Shown: positions 1 through 10,016, numbered from the stretch's first letter. The stretch is DNA of 64,000 nucleotides from an uncultured Candidatus Saccharibacteria bacterium (GCA_964610055.1 CAZSUC010000002.1:18283-82282), one strand, 5' to 3'. Translations and numbers: made by a program. The notes: generated by a model from the letters alone, not told the origin.

Positions 1-27
1 AGAATTTTCTCGGTTTTTAAGTAAATT

Positions 28-369
28 ATGCAATCTAAAAATAAACTTATATATTGGTTACCCAGAATATTGTCATTAGGGTTTGTTGGATTTATATCGT
101 TGTTTGCGTTAGACGTATTTAGTGAATATCAGGGGGTTAGTGTAGTAGTACCGCTACTCATACATTTAATACCGTCTTTGATTTTACTTGGTTTAAGTGT
201 AATAGCTTGGAAATGGAATTTAGTGGGCGTGGTTTTGTTTGGATTGGTTGCGCTGGGGTATGTTGCAATGGTGGGATGGGGGCGGCCGTGGAGTTGGTAT
301 GCTTTTATTTCGGGGCCAGCTTTATTAGTGGCGGTGTTGTATTATCTAAGTTGGAAACAAAATGATTAA
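28..369 (+). CDS. hypothetical small integral membrane protein
   Basis: 113-aa ORF, hydrophobic segments throughout, no recognisable motif. Confidence 0.4.
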   Translation: MQSKNKLIYWLPRILSLGFVGFISLFALDVFSEYQGVSVVVPLLIHLIPSLILLGLSVIAWKWNLVGVVLFGLVALGYVAMVGWGRPWSWYAFISGPALLVAVLYYLSWKQND

Positions 370-449
370 ATATGATGGCTATACAAGCAAGCAGGATTTA
401 GAATTAAAACAAGAAGTTGCTGAAGTAACGATTAATATTACCGCGGAAT

Positions 450-2324
450 TTAAGCGCGATCAGAATTGGTGGTGATATTAGGTTTTGCTTGGGCGCGAAC
501 GCGGAAAGAGTTGGATAAGGGTAGAAAGTCAGACAGAAAGTTATAAGCAGCGGCGCCGGCGGGTCCGATGAGTCCGCCAAAGACAAAGGCTAGGCCGATG
601 GCGTTCGTGCAGCCCCAAATCCAAAAGTCTTGCAAAGAGATAATGCGAGCGCGGCGAGCTAATTGAATTGCGGTAGGGAGAGCGGATAAATCATCGCGCA
701 TAAGAACAATTTGAGCGGATTCGATAGTTCCTTCAGTGCCTAATCCCCCCATAGCAATGCCAACGCTGGCAATAGATAGAGCGGCGGCGTCATTGACGCC
801 ATCGCCAACCATGGCAAGAGATTGTTCGGACTGGAGACGACGAATGATGTTAACTTTGTCTTGAGGTAAGAGATCGGCGTGCCATTCGTCAATGCTAAGT
901 TGGCGAGCAACTGAAGCAGCAACACGATCGTTATCACCGGTTAGCATAACTATTTTTTGAATGCCGAGGGTACGCAAAGTATCCAAAGCTGTTTTAGCGT
1001 TAGGTTTGATTTGATCGGCGGCGGCAATAAAACCAATGACAGTTTGATTTAAAGCGAGATAAGAGACACTATTGCCGAGAGCAGAAGTTTTATGTGCGGA
1101 TTCTAATAGTGCAGGCGAAATCTCAAGATTTAGTTCAGCAAAGAAAGATTGTTTACCGGTGACGATGACATTTTGATCAAGGTGTGCAATGATGCCTTTC
1201 CCCCCCTTCTCTTCGACTTGTTTGGGGAAAGTAATAGTGTGTCCGTTAGCTTTGGCGTAGTTAATGATAGCGCGAGAAAAAGGATGAGACGAGCGGGCGT
1301 TAACAATAATGCTCCATTTGATAATATCGCTGGGGGTGTAGTTTGAGTCGGGAATAATTTTGGTTACTGCCAGAGATCCAGTGGTTAGTGTGCCGGTTTT
1401 GTCAAAAACAATAGTGCGTAAATTACCGAGAAGCTCAAGATGTTTACCACCTTTAATGATAATGCCATGATTAGCAGCAGCGCGGATGGCGCGGAGATAA
1501 GCAATAGGGATTGCGATAGCAATATCGTCAGCGCACACAACTAAGACGATCGCCAAGACAAGCAGTAAATTGTGGGTGATAGCGTAAAAAATAAAGGAGC
1601 CGGCAAAAATGGTAATGAGATAAAATTTGCCGAAGCGTTCGCCGAGGGTTTGAGAAGATGGTTTTTCTTGACGGGCAGATTCAACTAAGCTGATAACTTT
1701 TTCTAAAGTTGTATCTGAGCCGATATGAGTAGTTCGAATGCGTAAGCTGCCGGATTGAATTAGCGTAGAACTCATAACTCGATCTCCTGTTTGTTTATCA
1801 ACTGGAGTTGATTCACCGGTAAGAGAGGATTCGTCGACGGCAGCAGTGCCGGATATAACTATACCGTCAACTGGGATTCGTTGTCCGAGATCGATTAGAA
1901 CGATGTCGTTTACTTGGACGGTGGCGAGCGGAACAGAAGTGGGTTGGCCTTGGCGTTCAATGGTGGCATTTTCTGGACGGAGTTTAAGTAATCCGCGAAT
2001 GCTTTTTTCAGTACGATCGCGGGTAACATCATCTAAAATGCGAGCGGCAGCCAACATGAGTTCAATAAAGACGGCCGAAGTCCATTCTTGGCTGAGTAAG
2101 GAAAAGATCAGAGCAATAGAGGCGAGTAAGTCCATGGATGCCCATTCGCGTGCTCGTAAAGAGAGGATGGCGCTCCAAAGGACTGGAGTTAGACCGATAA
2201 ATGCGGTAGTAACAAGAATGACTGAGGAATAATTAGACCAAATGTGGCTGAAATGAAGGAGGAGAATGATAAGTAAGAAAATAGCGAGGCCAGAATCAAA
2301 GTGGTAACGAGCTAATGTCCGCAT
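450..2324 (-). CDS. cation-transporting P-type ATPase (P1B-like core without N-terminal metal-binding domain)
   Basis: TGES actuator motif, DKTGTLT phosphorylation site, GDGVNDAAAL hinge; ATG start verified; membrane motif CAD(D) where P1B pumps carry CPC. Confidence 0.85.
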   Translation of the reverse strand: MRTLARYHFDSGLAIFLLIILLLHFSHIWSNYSSVILVTTAFIGLTPVLWSAILSLRAREWASMDLLASIALIFSLLSQEWTSAVFIELMLAAARILDDVTRDRTEKSIRGLLKLRPENATIERQGQPTSVPLATVQVNDIVLIDLGQRIPVDGIVISGTAAVDESSLTGESTPVDKQTGDRVMSSTLIQSGSLRIRTTHIGSDTTLEKVISLVESARQEKPSSQTLGERFGKFYLITIFAGSFIFYAITHNLLLVLAIVLVVCADDIAIAIPIAYLRAIRAAANHGIIIKGGKHLELLGNLRTIVFDKTGTLTTGSLAVTKIIPDSNYTPSDIIKWSIIVNARSSHPFSRAIINYAKANGHTITFPKQVEEKGGKGIIAHLDQNVIVTGKQSFFAELNLEISPALLESAHKTSALGNSVSYLALNQTVIGFIAAADQIKPNAKTALDTLRTLGIQKIVMLTGDNDRVAASVARQLSIDEWHADLLPQDKVNIIRRLQSEQSLAMVGDGVNDAAALSIASVGIAMGGLGTEGTIESAQIVLMRDDLSALPTAIQLARRARIISLQDFWIWGCTNAIGLAFVFGGLIGPAGAAAYNFLSDFLPLSNSFRVRAQAKPNITTNSDRA

Positions 2325-2345
2325 ATAAGGATTTTAGCATGAAAG

Positions 2346-2819
2346 TTAATAGGGCTTAGGAGAAAAATTGAGGCAGTAGAAGAGCTGAAGGTTTTGGTGT
2401 GGAGCTGGAACATATGTGATGATAGTAGCAGAGCCATTTTGCGGTTCTTGTCCGTTAACGAAAAATAAGAGGCCTTGAGGAAGAAAAGCGGTGTGATTGA
2501 GAATAAAATCGTGTAAAGGAGAAACCGCAATCGCGATTTGATCTTTAATTATAAGAGTGAGATTACAGGAGTTTAGATTGGTTTGTAATAAATCGGCGGC
2601 TGACTGGTAATTTTGATCGGGAATTTGCATATTAGTAACTAAGCAAAGAAAACCATCGTAATTTTGATTATGAATACGCCAAACAGGATAAGATAGGGTA
2701 TTGTGGGTGATGTAATGCTCTTCTGTGACTAAAAATTCCTCGTTCCAAGCGTATAAGTGGTCGTGGTGATTATTAATTAAAGTGGGGGTGAGAGTCACTA
2801 TAGTATTGTAACGTGACAA
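2346..2819 (-). CDS. hypothetical protein (TTG start, uncertain)
   Basis: 157-aa ORF with no recognisable domain; starts immediately after an upstream-gene terminator. Confidence 0.3.
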   Translation of the reverse strand: MSRYNTIVTLTPTLINNHHDHLYAWNEEFLVTEEHYITHNTLSYPVWRIHNQNYDGFLCLVTNMQIPDQNYQSAADLLQTNLNSCNLTLIIKDQIAIAVSPLHDFILNHTAFLPQGLLFFVNGQEPQNGSATIITYVPAPHQNLQLFYCLNFSPKPY

Positions 2820-2825
2820 TTATGT

Positions 2826-2854
2826 AAAAAAATAGTCCCCGCAGGGGCGGGGAC
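2826..2854 (-). terminator. rho-independent terminator (GTCCCCGC-AGGG-GCGGGGAC plus U-run on minus strand)
   Basis: perfect 8-bp GC stem, 4-nt loop, followed on the minus strand by TATTTTTTT; 28 nt downstream of the 2882..3256 gene. Confidence 0.7.
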
Positions 2855-2881
2855 AAAAAGGTGCAGGTGTTTGTGGCCGTG

Positions 2882-3256
2882 TTAGACGGCGAGGTCTTCG
2901 CGGCAATTGGCCACGACAGACAAGAACCGGCCGGTTGCGTAGAAATTGTCGAGAAGAATCGTGTTTTGCCTGGTGGTCCAGTTGATGGCGATCTGACCGT
3001 TGGATAATTTTTCCAGGGAGACATTTGTATCTTCGGCGTGGCCGGTTTGATCGAGTTGAGCAAGAAGCTTGCGCCAGTCGTCCAAACTAATCTCGAGGCC
3101 AACATTGGTGAGGGTCATGCCGTCTTCCATGACGCAGTCTTCGCAGAACGCAACACGATTGTTGCGGGCGGCCACGTAGTTTCGGCCGTAGACAAGAGGA
3201 TGCTCAGCAATAAGATGATCATCGCAATTGACTGGTTGAAGAGGCGCTGTGGACAT
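2882..3256 (-). CDS. hypothetical Cys-containing protein (CDDH and CEDC motifs) in a GC-rich segment
   Basis: 124-aa ORF, SD GGAG 7 nt before ATG, strong terminator downstream, local GC ~52% versus ~43% window average. Confidence 0.5.
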   Translation of the reverse strand: MSTAPLQPVNCDDHLIAEHPLVYGRNYVAARNNRVAFCEDCVMEDGMTLTNVGLEISLDDWRKLLAQLDQTGHAEDTNVSLEKLSNGQIAINWTTRQNTILLDNFYATGRFLSVVANCREDLAV

Positions 3257-3378
3257 GATCCGGCTCCTGCAAAAAAGGTACTGATGGCCTGAAATCCAAA
3301 ATCAGGCTGAATATTACTTTAAGACAAATGTTATTTTTGTCAATAGATAGATTAAATTAAAGATGTTAAAATTATAAT

Positions 3379-3954
3379 GTGAAAATAGGTTATCAATTTT
3401 GGGGAGGTGTAATTGCAATAGTTGTTTTAATCGGGATAGTGGGGTGGTATAACATGAATCGATCTAATCAGTTGGAGCAGTCTGTGCGTGTGAATCAACA
3501 AAATTGTTTAGCGGATGATTGTTTGCGAGTTGAAGGATTAGAGTATCCAGTGGGAAATTTGTCAGTTGAAGTCCAGGATGCTTTAAATGAAGCGATTAAC
3601 GATGAATATAAGGCGTTGGCAACTTATATGGCAGTGATTGATAACTTGGGTGCGGTACGTCCGTTTGTGATGATTAAAGGAGCGGAAGAGCAACATATTG
3701 CAATGTTGAAAGCGATATACGACAAGTATGGCGTGATGGTGCCGGAGAATGAATGGGTAGGAACAGTAATTGTATCTCAGACATTGTCAGAGTCTTGCCA
3801 AGCGGGGGTTGATGCGGAAGTGGCAAATGCGGCTTTGTATCGTGATGAGTTATTGCCGGTGGTGGTAGATTACGAAGATATTACGTTGGTTTTTCAAAAT
3901 TTAATGAATGCTTCGGAACAAAAGCATTTGCCGGCATTTGAGAAGTGTAATTAA
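3379..3954 (+). CDS. ferritin-like domain protein (DUF2202-type) with N-terminal membrane anchor
   Basis: GTG start; N-terminal TM helix; EEQHIAML / DEYKALATY ferritin-like (DUF2202) pattern. Confidence 0.55.
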   Translation: MKIGYQFWGGVIAIVVLIGIVGWYNMNRSNQLEQSVRVNQQNCLADDCLRVEGLEYPVGNLSVEVQDALNEAINDEYKALATYMAVIDNLGAVRPFVMIKGAEEQHIAMLKAIYDKYGVMVPENEWVGTVIVSQTLSESCQAGVDAEVANAALYRDELLPVVVDYEDITLVFQNLMNASEQKHLPAFEKCN

Positions 3955-3962
3955 GTGAGAAA

Positions 3963-4490
3963 ATGGAGATTGAATTAGAACGGACATATTTAGTTAAAAG
4001 AACACCGGATGAACTAAAGAGTTTAAAACCGGTTGAAATTTGGGATGTATATTTCCCCAAAGAACATTCGCATCCGGTTTTGAGAATGCGGAAACGCGGA
4101 GAAAAACATGAATTAACTAAAAAGACTTGTTTAAATGAAAATGATTCTTCCGAACAAAAAGAAGATACTATTTTTTTAACCGAGGCAGAATTTAAGGCTT
4201 TAACGAAAGCGCATGGTAAAAATTTACATAAAAATAGATACACTTATAAGCAAGATAACGTGACGATTGAAGTTGATGTCTATTTAGATGACCTGGCTGG
4301 TTTAGTAGTAACTGATTTTGAGTTTGAGTCTCGAGAAGATAAAGATGTGTTTATGATGCCAAATTGGTGTTTAGTAGAAGTAACTCAAGATGAAGCGTTG
4401 GCTGGAGGAAAACTGGCAGGAAAAAAATATAGCGATATATTAGAGGTGTTAGAAAAGTATGGATATAACATGATAAAGAAGTATGAATAA
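3963..4490 (+). CDS. CYTH-domain protein (CyaB/thiamine-triphosphatase-like triphosphate tunnel metalloenzyme)
   Basis: N-terminal EIELERTYLV matches the CYTH ExExK/YL signature; size ~175 aa. Confidence 0.6.
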   Translation: MEIELERTYLVKRTPDELKSLKPVEIWDVYFPKEHSHPVLRMRKRGEKHELTKKTCLNENDSSEQKEDTIFLTEAEFKALTKAHGKNLHKNRYTYKQDNVTIEVDVYLDDLAGLVVTDFEFESREDKDVFMMPNWCLVEVTQDEALAGGKLAGKKYSDILEVLEKYGYNMIKKYE

Positions 4491-4866
4491 GAAGTTTATA
4501 TGGTACTTAATAGGAATAGTGGTTGTTGTATTGGTTTTTGTCTTGTTGGTAGTTAGTGCGCAAATTGGATATGGAGTACAGCAGCGCTGCAAAGCAGCAC
4601 AAGCGCAATATAATGGAGATTGTGTGGAGGCTTTAATGAACCAAGTAGCGGATGAGACTAAAACGAGTGGGAAAAATGATGCGATTTGGGCATTAGGGCA
4701 ATTGGGTGATCGGAGGGCGTTATCTTTTTTGCAACAGTATGATACGGGAGAGACTTTACCAGAACGAGAGTCGTGGGAAGAGGGAATTAGCCAGTATGAA
4801 TTACGCAAAGCAATAAGACTACTGGAAACGGGATGGAATGTGCCGGCGATTTTTTGGCGACATTAA
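4483..4866 (+). CDS. membrane-anchored HEAT/PBS-lyase repeat protein
   Basis: N-terminal TM helix; AIWALGQLGDRRALSFL HEAT-like repeat. Confidence 0.5.
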   Translation: MNKKFIWYLIGIVVVVLVFVLLVVSAQIGYGVQQRCKAAQAQYNGDCVEALMNQVADETKTSGKNDAIWALGQLGDRRALSFLQQYDTGETLPERESWEEGISQYELRKAIRLLETGWNVPAIFWRH

Positions 4867-4893
4867 AAGAGAGGTATAATAGGGTATAAGAAT

Positions 4894-5220
4894 ATGAAAG
4901 TACGGAGGGTACAAAAAATACGACCACCAATAGCAGTCGCACGAGCAGCGGAGCTAGGGTTGGAATTGCGACGAAAATTTCAGCGAGGCGGTACAATGGT
5001 TGGAGTCGCACGGGCACGAGATTTGAAGAACCGTCGAGTCTTAAGTCCGGAAACAATTAAACGGATGGTGAGTTATTTTGCTCGGCATGAAGTTGATAAA
5101 CGTGCGCCGGGTTTCGGAGAAATTGATAAACCGACAAATGGTTATATTGCCTGGTTATTATGGGGTGGAGACGCTGGTAAGAAGTGGGCGCAAAAAATTA
5201 AGCAAGAATTGACTGACTAG
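4894..5220 (+). CDS. conserved hypothetical protein
   Basis: 108-aa ORF with balanced composition; motif GYIAWLLWGG; no confident family assignment. Confidence 0.4.
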   Translation: MKVRRVQKIRPPIAVARAAELGLELRRKFQRGGTMVGVARARDLKNRRVLSPETIKRMVSYFARHEVDKRAPGFGEIDKPTNGYIAWLLWGGDAGKKWAQKIKQELTD

Positions 5221-8200
5221 ACGTTAGATTGGTGATCATCGTGTTCCTTTTTGAAGGTGACGTAATACACGATCGGGATAAAGAAGAGGATAATTAAGCC
5301 GGAAAAGCTAAGACCGGAGATGATAGCCCCGCCGACTCCGCGCCAAAGCGGATCGGAAATAGTGATAGGAACAAGTCCAAGGATCGCGGCAATGGATGTT
5401 AGGCTAATAGCTTCGAGACGACTAGAGGAACCATCAACAATAGCTTCAAAGTATGGCATACCAGATTTAAGATTGGCGGAAATCTTGTCGACAACAAGAA
5501 TGGAGTTTTTTACAACAATACCGAAGAGGGCCAAAATACCAATGAGGGCCGGGAACGACAAAGGTGTGTTGGTGAGAGCAAAAACGAGGAAAACGCCGGA
5601 GATTGATAACGGAATGATCAAGATTACAATCAAGGCTTTGCGGAAAGATTCAAACTGAATGACCATAGTGACGGAGATTAAGATGATCGCAACAATCATG
5701 GCTTGGAGAAGAGAATTGGTTGATTTTTGGTTTTCGTCATTAACGCCACCAACGCTCCAAGAATAGCCGTCGGGTAAATTGATATGGTCAGAGACGTATT
5801 GGGTGAGTTGTTTGTTGATAGCAGAACTGGAATATCCTTGAGTGACGCTAGCAGAAACAGAGATAGTGCGAATACCGTCTTCGCGGATGATTAAAGAAGG
5901 ATTTGGTTCGAGTTTAAAGTCACCAAGATTAGAAATAGGAATATAGCCTGAAGTGGTGGGTATAGATAATTGGCCAATATCTTCAGGAGCAGAAGTACTA
6001 GATTGAAGGCGCAAGGTAATATCTTTGGTTTGATCATTGAGACGAATTTCATCAATAGAAAATCCGCTGGTCAGAATGCGTAGCCAAGTTCCAATGGTTG
6101 AATTATTGATACCAAATTGAGCTAATTTGCTTTGATCGGGAACAAAAGTAATTTTACTGGTACCGTTTTTAACACTTTTATCAATGTTGGCGACGCCAGA
6201 TTGATTTTGCAAGAAGTCGATTGTTTCATCAGCGAGTTGATCTAACTGATCTAGGTCATTGCCAAAGTATTTAATCTGAATATCGCTACCGGCTGGTGGC
6301 CCAGAAGTTTTTTCGATAATTGAAAGTTTGCCGGTAGGGTAATCGGATAATTCTTGACGCAATTGTTCGGCGATGTCATAAGAGGCAAGGTCACGATCGT
6401 CTTTAGGGCTGAGATTCAAAGTAAAGAATGCCTTATTGCTACCAGTACCGGTAAAGTTAACGTCACTGGTATAAACTTGGCCTAAATCTAGAGATAAATA
6501 GGAAAGTTGCGGTGTATTAAGGAGTGTTGGAACTAGCTCTAAAGCAGCAGCTTTACTGGTTTCAAGATTAGTGCCCTCGGGAAATTCAAGGTTTACATAG
6601 AGCGCGTCTTGATCAGTCTTGGGAAAGAATTGAGTCTGGATTAAACCAAAGCCAGCTAAAGAGTAGCAAAAAACACAGAAGGCTAAGATAATAATCATCG
6701 CTTTTTTGCGGCCGGTGCGAGAAGATAAGATACGAGAGATCAGACGTTGATATTTTTGAGTTAAGCCATCAAAGCTAATTAAGCCGGAGGTGAGGCGATT
6801 AAAGAGCGAAGCGAGAGTGTGGGTATGGGAGGTACGGGAATGAATCCATGCCTGAAAGCGGTGCAAGAGAGGCGTGGCAGCGTAATAACTAATAATGAGG
6901 AAGGCGAATAACCCCGCTAACTGGCCAAAGAAAAGACGATTATGAAAAGTTAGGAGAATGAAAATCAAGAAGAGCAATACGGGCAGCAAGAAGCGAATTA
7001 AAAGTTGAACGCGACGAGGAAATTTGGGCTGCAAAGCAATCTTCATGAAAGGCATGGTGATGAACATAGCAACAACGAAAGAGGCGGCGAGAGCAGTTGA
7101 GACGACGACGGGAACAGGTTGGATGAATTCGCCAATAATTCCAGTGGTGATCAGAATGGGAAGGAAAGCAAAGATAGTGGTAAGAGTGGTGGTTGTGATA
7201 GCAATCAGAAAATCTTTCCAAACAAGCAAGGTAGTCTGGTCGGGGGTAAATTTTCCGGTTCGGTAATAAGAAGTCATAGCCGAAATAACGACAATGGTGT
7301 CGTCGATTAGGAGCCCTAAGGCTAGAAGTAAAGCCAGAAAAGAAACAGTGCTAAAATCAACGTCGACAAATTTCATAACGGCAAAAGTAATCAGAAAAGA
7401 GAAAGGAACAGCAAGCGATGCGACAGATGCTTGTTTAATGCCTAAGAAAATGAACATGGTAATAACAATCAAAATGATTGTGAAAGTAAGATCGTGGACT
7501 AGGCGGTTGAATTGTTCATCAATTTCGTCAGCTTGATTGAACTTAGCAATAGTCATGAATTGATCCGGATAAGCTGAAAGTTGACTATCTATTTCCGTCT
7601 GCACGTCATGGACAGCGTCGGTAATGGTCACATTAGAATTACGATAAACATTGAAAGTGACGGCTGGGATGGGGTTTTGATCAGTCGCTGAAACATAATA
7701 GGACTGAATTTGGTCTGGTTTTGATTTTTCAGAGATAGTTGCGATTTCGCCAAGAGCGACGTTGGTGCCGTTAAGATTAAGTTGAACAGTTCGAAAATCA
7801 TCGACTGAGGTAATAGCTTGGTTAATATTAAGCGAAAAGGAAAGTTGATCAGTGTTAGTTGTGCCAGCAGGATAAGCTTGCAAAGCAGTTTGAATAGCTT
7901 GAGCGATAGTGGAAGGGCTGATTTGATATGAGACAATAGTTTCAGGATCGATATCAATTTGAATCTCTTGTTCTTCGAGGCCAGCGGTTTCGATTTTATC
8001 GACAGCGGGGAGAGACTTAAGCTCATCTTCAAGAATTTTGGCAAAGCGAATCAGACTACCATTATCGCCGCGACTGACGAGAGCAAAAGTTAGAACAGGT
8101 TGATTAACGTAATCGTATTTAACAACTTGAGGAGCACCGACGTCATCTGGTAGGTCAGTTAATTCATCGATAGCGGATTGAGTATCAGATCGGGCTTTGT

Positions 8201-8564
8201 CGGGATCAATATTGGTATCAAATTCTAAATAAATAATGGAAGCAGATTCGCGAGAGGTAGATTGGTAGGTTTGAAGACCATTAAGACCTTTAATTTGGTC
8301 TTCAATCGGAATAGTGATGAGTGACTCGATGTCAGAGGGACTAGCGCCGGGAAGAGTAGTAGTGATAACAACGACTGGAATATCGATGTCAGGATAAAGA
8401 ACTTTAGGCAGGGTAATAAAACTAAAAGTACCTAAAAGAGTAATAGCTATAACTAAAAGAAGAGGTAAGCGGGGATTACGAAAATAACGAGCGATTAAGC
8501 TGTGGCCTAATTTATCCGGAAAGTGCAGGTTTTTTAGATATGACGAAGTGGAGTTAGCGGTCAT
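5217..8564 (-). CDS. RND-superfamily efflux transporter permease (AcrB/HAE-like)
   Basis: ~1115 aa, 12 predicted TM helices, two large periplasmic loops; start moved to ATG at 8564 (5 nt after adaptor stop) rather than the longest ORF at 8789. Confidence 0.8.
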   Translation of the reverse strand: MTANSTSSYLKNLHFPDKLGHSLIARYFRNPRLPLLLVIAITLLGTFSFITLPKVLYPDIDIPVVVITTTLPGASPSDIESLITIPIEDQIKGLNGLQTYQSTSRESASIIYLEFDTNIDPDKARSDTQSAIDELTDLPDDVGAPQVVKYDYVNQPVLTFALVSRGDNGSLIRFAKILEDELKSLPAVDKIETAGLEEQEIQIDIDPETIVSYQISPSTIAQAIQTALQAYPAGTTNTDQLSFSLNINQAITSVDDFRTVQLNLNGTNVALGEIATISEKSKPDQIQSYYVSATDQNPIPAVTFNVYRNSNVTITDAVHDVQTEIDSQLSAYPDQFMTIAKFNQADEIDEQFNRLVHDLTFTIILIVITMFIFLGIKQASVASLAVPFSFLITFAVMKFVDVDFSTVSFLALLLALGLLIDDTIVVISAMTSYYRTGKFTPDQTTLLVWKDFLIAITTTTLTTIFAFLPILITTGIIGEFIQPVPVVVSTALAASFVVAMFITMPFMKIALQPKFPRRVQLLIRFLLPVLLFLIFILLTFHNRLFFGQLAGLFAFLIISYYAATPLLHRFQAWIHSRTSHTHTLASLFNRLTSGLISFDGLTQKYQRLISRILSSRTGRKKAMIIILAFCVFCYSLAGFGLIQTQFFPKTDQDALYVNLEFPEGTNLETSKAAALELVPTLLNTPQLSYLSLDLGQVYTSDVNFTGTGSNKAFFTLNLSPKDDRDLASYDIAEQLRQELSDYPTGKLSIIEKTSGPPAGSDIQIKYFGNDLDQLDQLADETIDFLQNQSGVANIDKSVKNGTSKITFVPDQSKLAQFGINNSTIGTWLRILTSGFSIDEIRLNDQTKDITLRLQSSTSAPEDIGQLSIPTTSGYIPISNLGDFKLEPNPSLIIREDGIRTISVSASVTQGYSSSAINKQLTQYVSDHINLPDGYSWSVGGVNDENQKSTNSLLQAMIVAIILISVTMVIQFESFRKALIVILIIPLSISGVFLVFALTNTPLSFPALIGILALFGIVVKNSILVVDKISANLKSGMPYFEAIVDGSSSRLEAISLTSIAAILGLVPITISDPLWRGVGGAIISGLSFSGLIILFFIPIVYYVTFKKEHDDHQSNV

Positions 8565-9981
8565 AGGAAATGGTGTCACCGGCAACAACGGTGCGATCAA
8601 GAATAACAATATCGCCGTCGTGAAGACCATCAGTGATTTCGACGTAGCGGCCAAACATTTGCCCAAGCACGACATTGCGAAATTCAACTTGCTCACCAAC
8701 AGCGACGTATAGGACAGTTTCCTCCTGGGTTTGGGAGATAGCATCAATTGGGACGTAAGGAATAGTGCTTCCGGAATCAGCTGAACCAATGGGGACAGAA
8801 ACAGAAACGTAAGTATTGTCAGCTAGATTAGCGCAGCAATCATTTGGTAGTTCGTAAAAAACGGAATAAAGTTGGTTATTGGTTGCTTCTTGAGAGATAT
8901 AAGTAGGAAGTAAGGCTATCTCTTGACCGTTAATAGTGAAAACAGAATTTTCGGTCAGAGATACCGATTGAGCGAGGGTGGGAGAGAGGCTAACAGAGGC
9001 AACGTTATGAGGAGTAGCACTAGAAATTAAAGCTAATGGAGTACCGGCGGATACATTTTGTCCGGGGCGGACGTATATTTTTTCGACAGTGCCAGTGACA
9101 GGAGATGTTGGTGCCATAAACGAGGCATTAATCTGCGCAATTTTATAAGAGAGTGAACTTATTTCGCGATTAAGATCCAGAGCTTTTTCCTGAATGTCGA
9201 GTTGTTTTAGCGTGGTTTCTCTAGCAAGATCAGATAACTGCGCGGGCGGGTTAATCGCATTAACTTGATAGTTGGTAGTACGGATGGATGACTTTAAGCT
9301 ATTCAAAGCATTGGTATAGGTGCTTTTTAATTGCTTGGCACTTAAGATTAAGCTGTCAGAATTATCGTCACCGGATTCAAGGTCGTTTAGGTTAGAGTCG
9401 ATTTGATCTAAAATATCGGTAGTGATGGCGAGTTGATCTTCGGTTTCGGAAAGAGAGAGATTATTTAACCGACGGAGTTGATCATTATTAAGGTCGGTCT
9501 GTTGAGCGATTTCGCGTTGTTGGGCAATGATTTCTTTTTGAGTAGTGTAGGTATCATTAATGTTTGCTAGCTGAGCAGCAGCACTTTGGGCTTGTAATGA
9601 AGCGGCGTTAGCTCCTTGGTAGTTAGAAGATAGACCGATAATTTGTGTGCCGGTGGTAACTGATTGTCCGGCAGTACGGTAAATATTTTGAACGATACCG
9701 CTGGTTTGAGCGACGATAGTAACGGCGCCTTGTTTTTCAACTTTGGCTTGGAATGTCCAGCGTGGGGCTTGGCCGATATGATAAACCGAGACCGTTTTCG
9801 GGGTCGGAGATAGGGAGGTGGAGTCGGTGTGATTAAATAGATTTTCGCCTAAAATAAGGGCCAGCAGGAGAACCAAGGCAAGCAAAAAGCTAGAGAGCGG
9901 ATGAGCGTTGATATGAGACTTTAAAAACTGGCTGGATTGAGAGCAAAATTTCAAAAAGCGGCGGAATAAGGCTTGAAACAT
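8554..9981 (-). CDS. efflux periplasmic adaptor subunit (HlyD / membrane fusion protein family)
   Basis: N-terminal TM anchor, long coiled-coil, C-terminal beta-barrel typical of HlyD family; immediately upstream of RND gene. Confidence 0.7.
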   Translation of the reverse strand: MFQALFRRFLKFCSQSSQFLKSHINAHPLSSFLLALVLLLALILGENLFNHTDSTSLSPTPKTVSVYHIGQAPRWTFQAKVEKQGAVTIVAQTSGIVQNIYRTAGQSVTTGTQIIGLSSNYQGANAASLQAQSAAAQLANINDTYTTQKEIIAQQREIAQQTDLNNDQLRRLNNLSLSETEDQLAITTDILDQIDSNLNDLESGDDNSDSLILSAKQLKSTYTNALNSLKSSIRTTNYQVNAINPPAQLSDLARETTLKQLDIQEKALDLNREISSLSYKIAQINASFMAPTSPVTGTVEKIYVRPGQNVSAGTPLALISSATPHNVASVSLSPTLAQSVSLTENSVFTINGQEIALLPTYISQEATNNQLYSVFYELPNDCCANLADNTYVSVSVPIGSADSGSTIPYVPIDAISQTQEETVLYVAVGEQVEFRNVVLGQMFGRYVEITDGLHDGDIVILDRTVVAGDTISYDR

Positions 9982-10016
9982 AGAAATAGCGTGAATTAAC
10001 GATCTGAATAATTTTT

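Noticed and set aside
2312-2530. 72-aa ORF overlapping the 2346..2819 ORF
   Set aside because: Same strand, different frame, no start context. Chance ORF.
3038-3292. Plus-strand 84-aa ORF
   Set aside because: Antisense to the better-supported minus-strand gene 2882..3256 (which has an SD and terminator).
3270-3310. Hairpin GCCTGA-N9-TCAGGC plus A6/U6 run in the 5' region of gene 2882..3256 as an attenuator
   Set aside because: The U-run is separated from the stem by 9 nt and the stem is only 6 bp. Too weak to call.
5320-8044. Multiple 60-140 aa ORFs on both strands inside the RND transporter gene
   Set aside because: Fully embedded in a well-supported 1115-aa membrane transporter CDS.
8565-8789. 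Longer N-terminal extension of the RND ORF (start at 8789)
   Set aside because: It would overlap the adaptor gene by 235 nt. An internal ATG at 8564 gives a 5-nt intergenic gap and an N-terminus matching AcrB-family starts.
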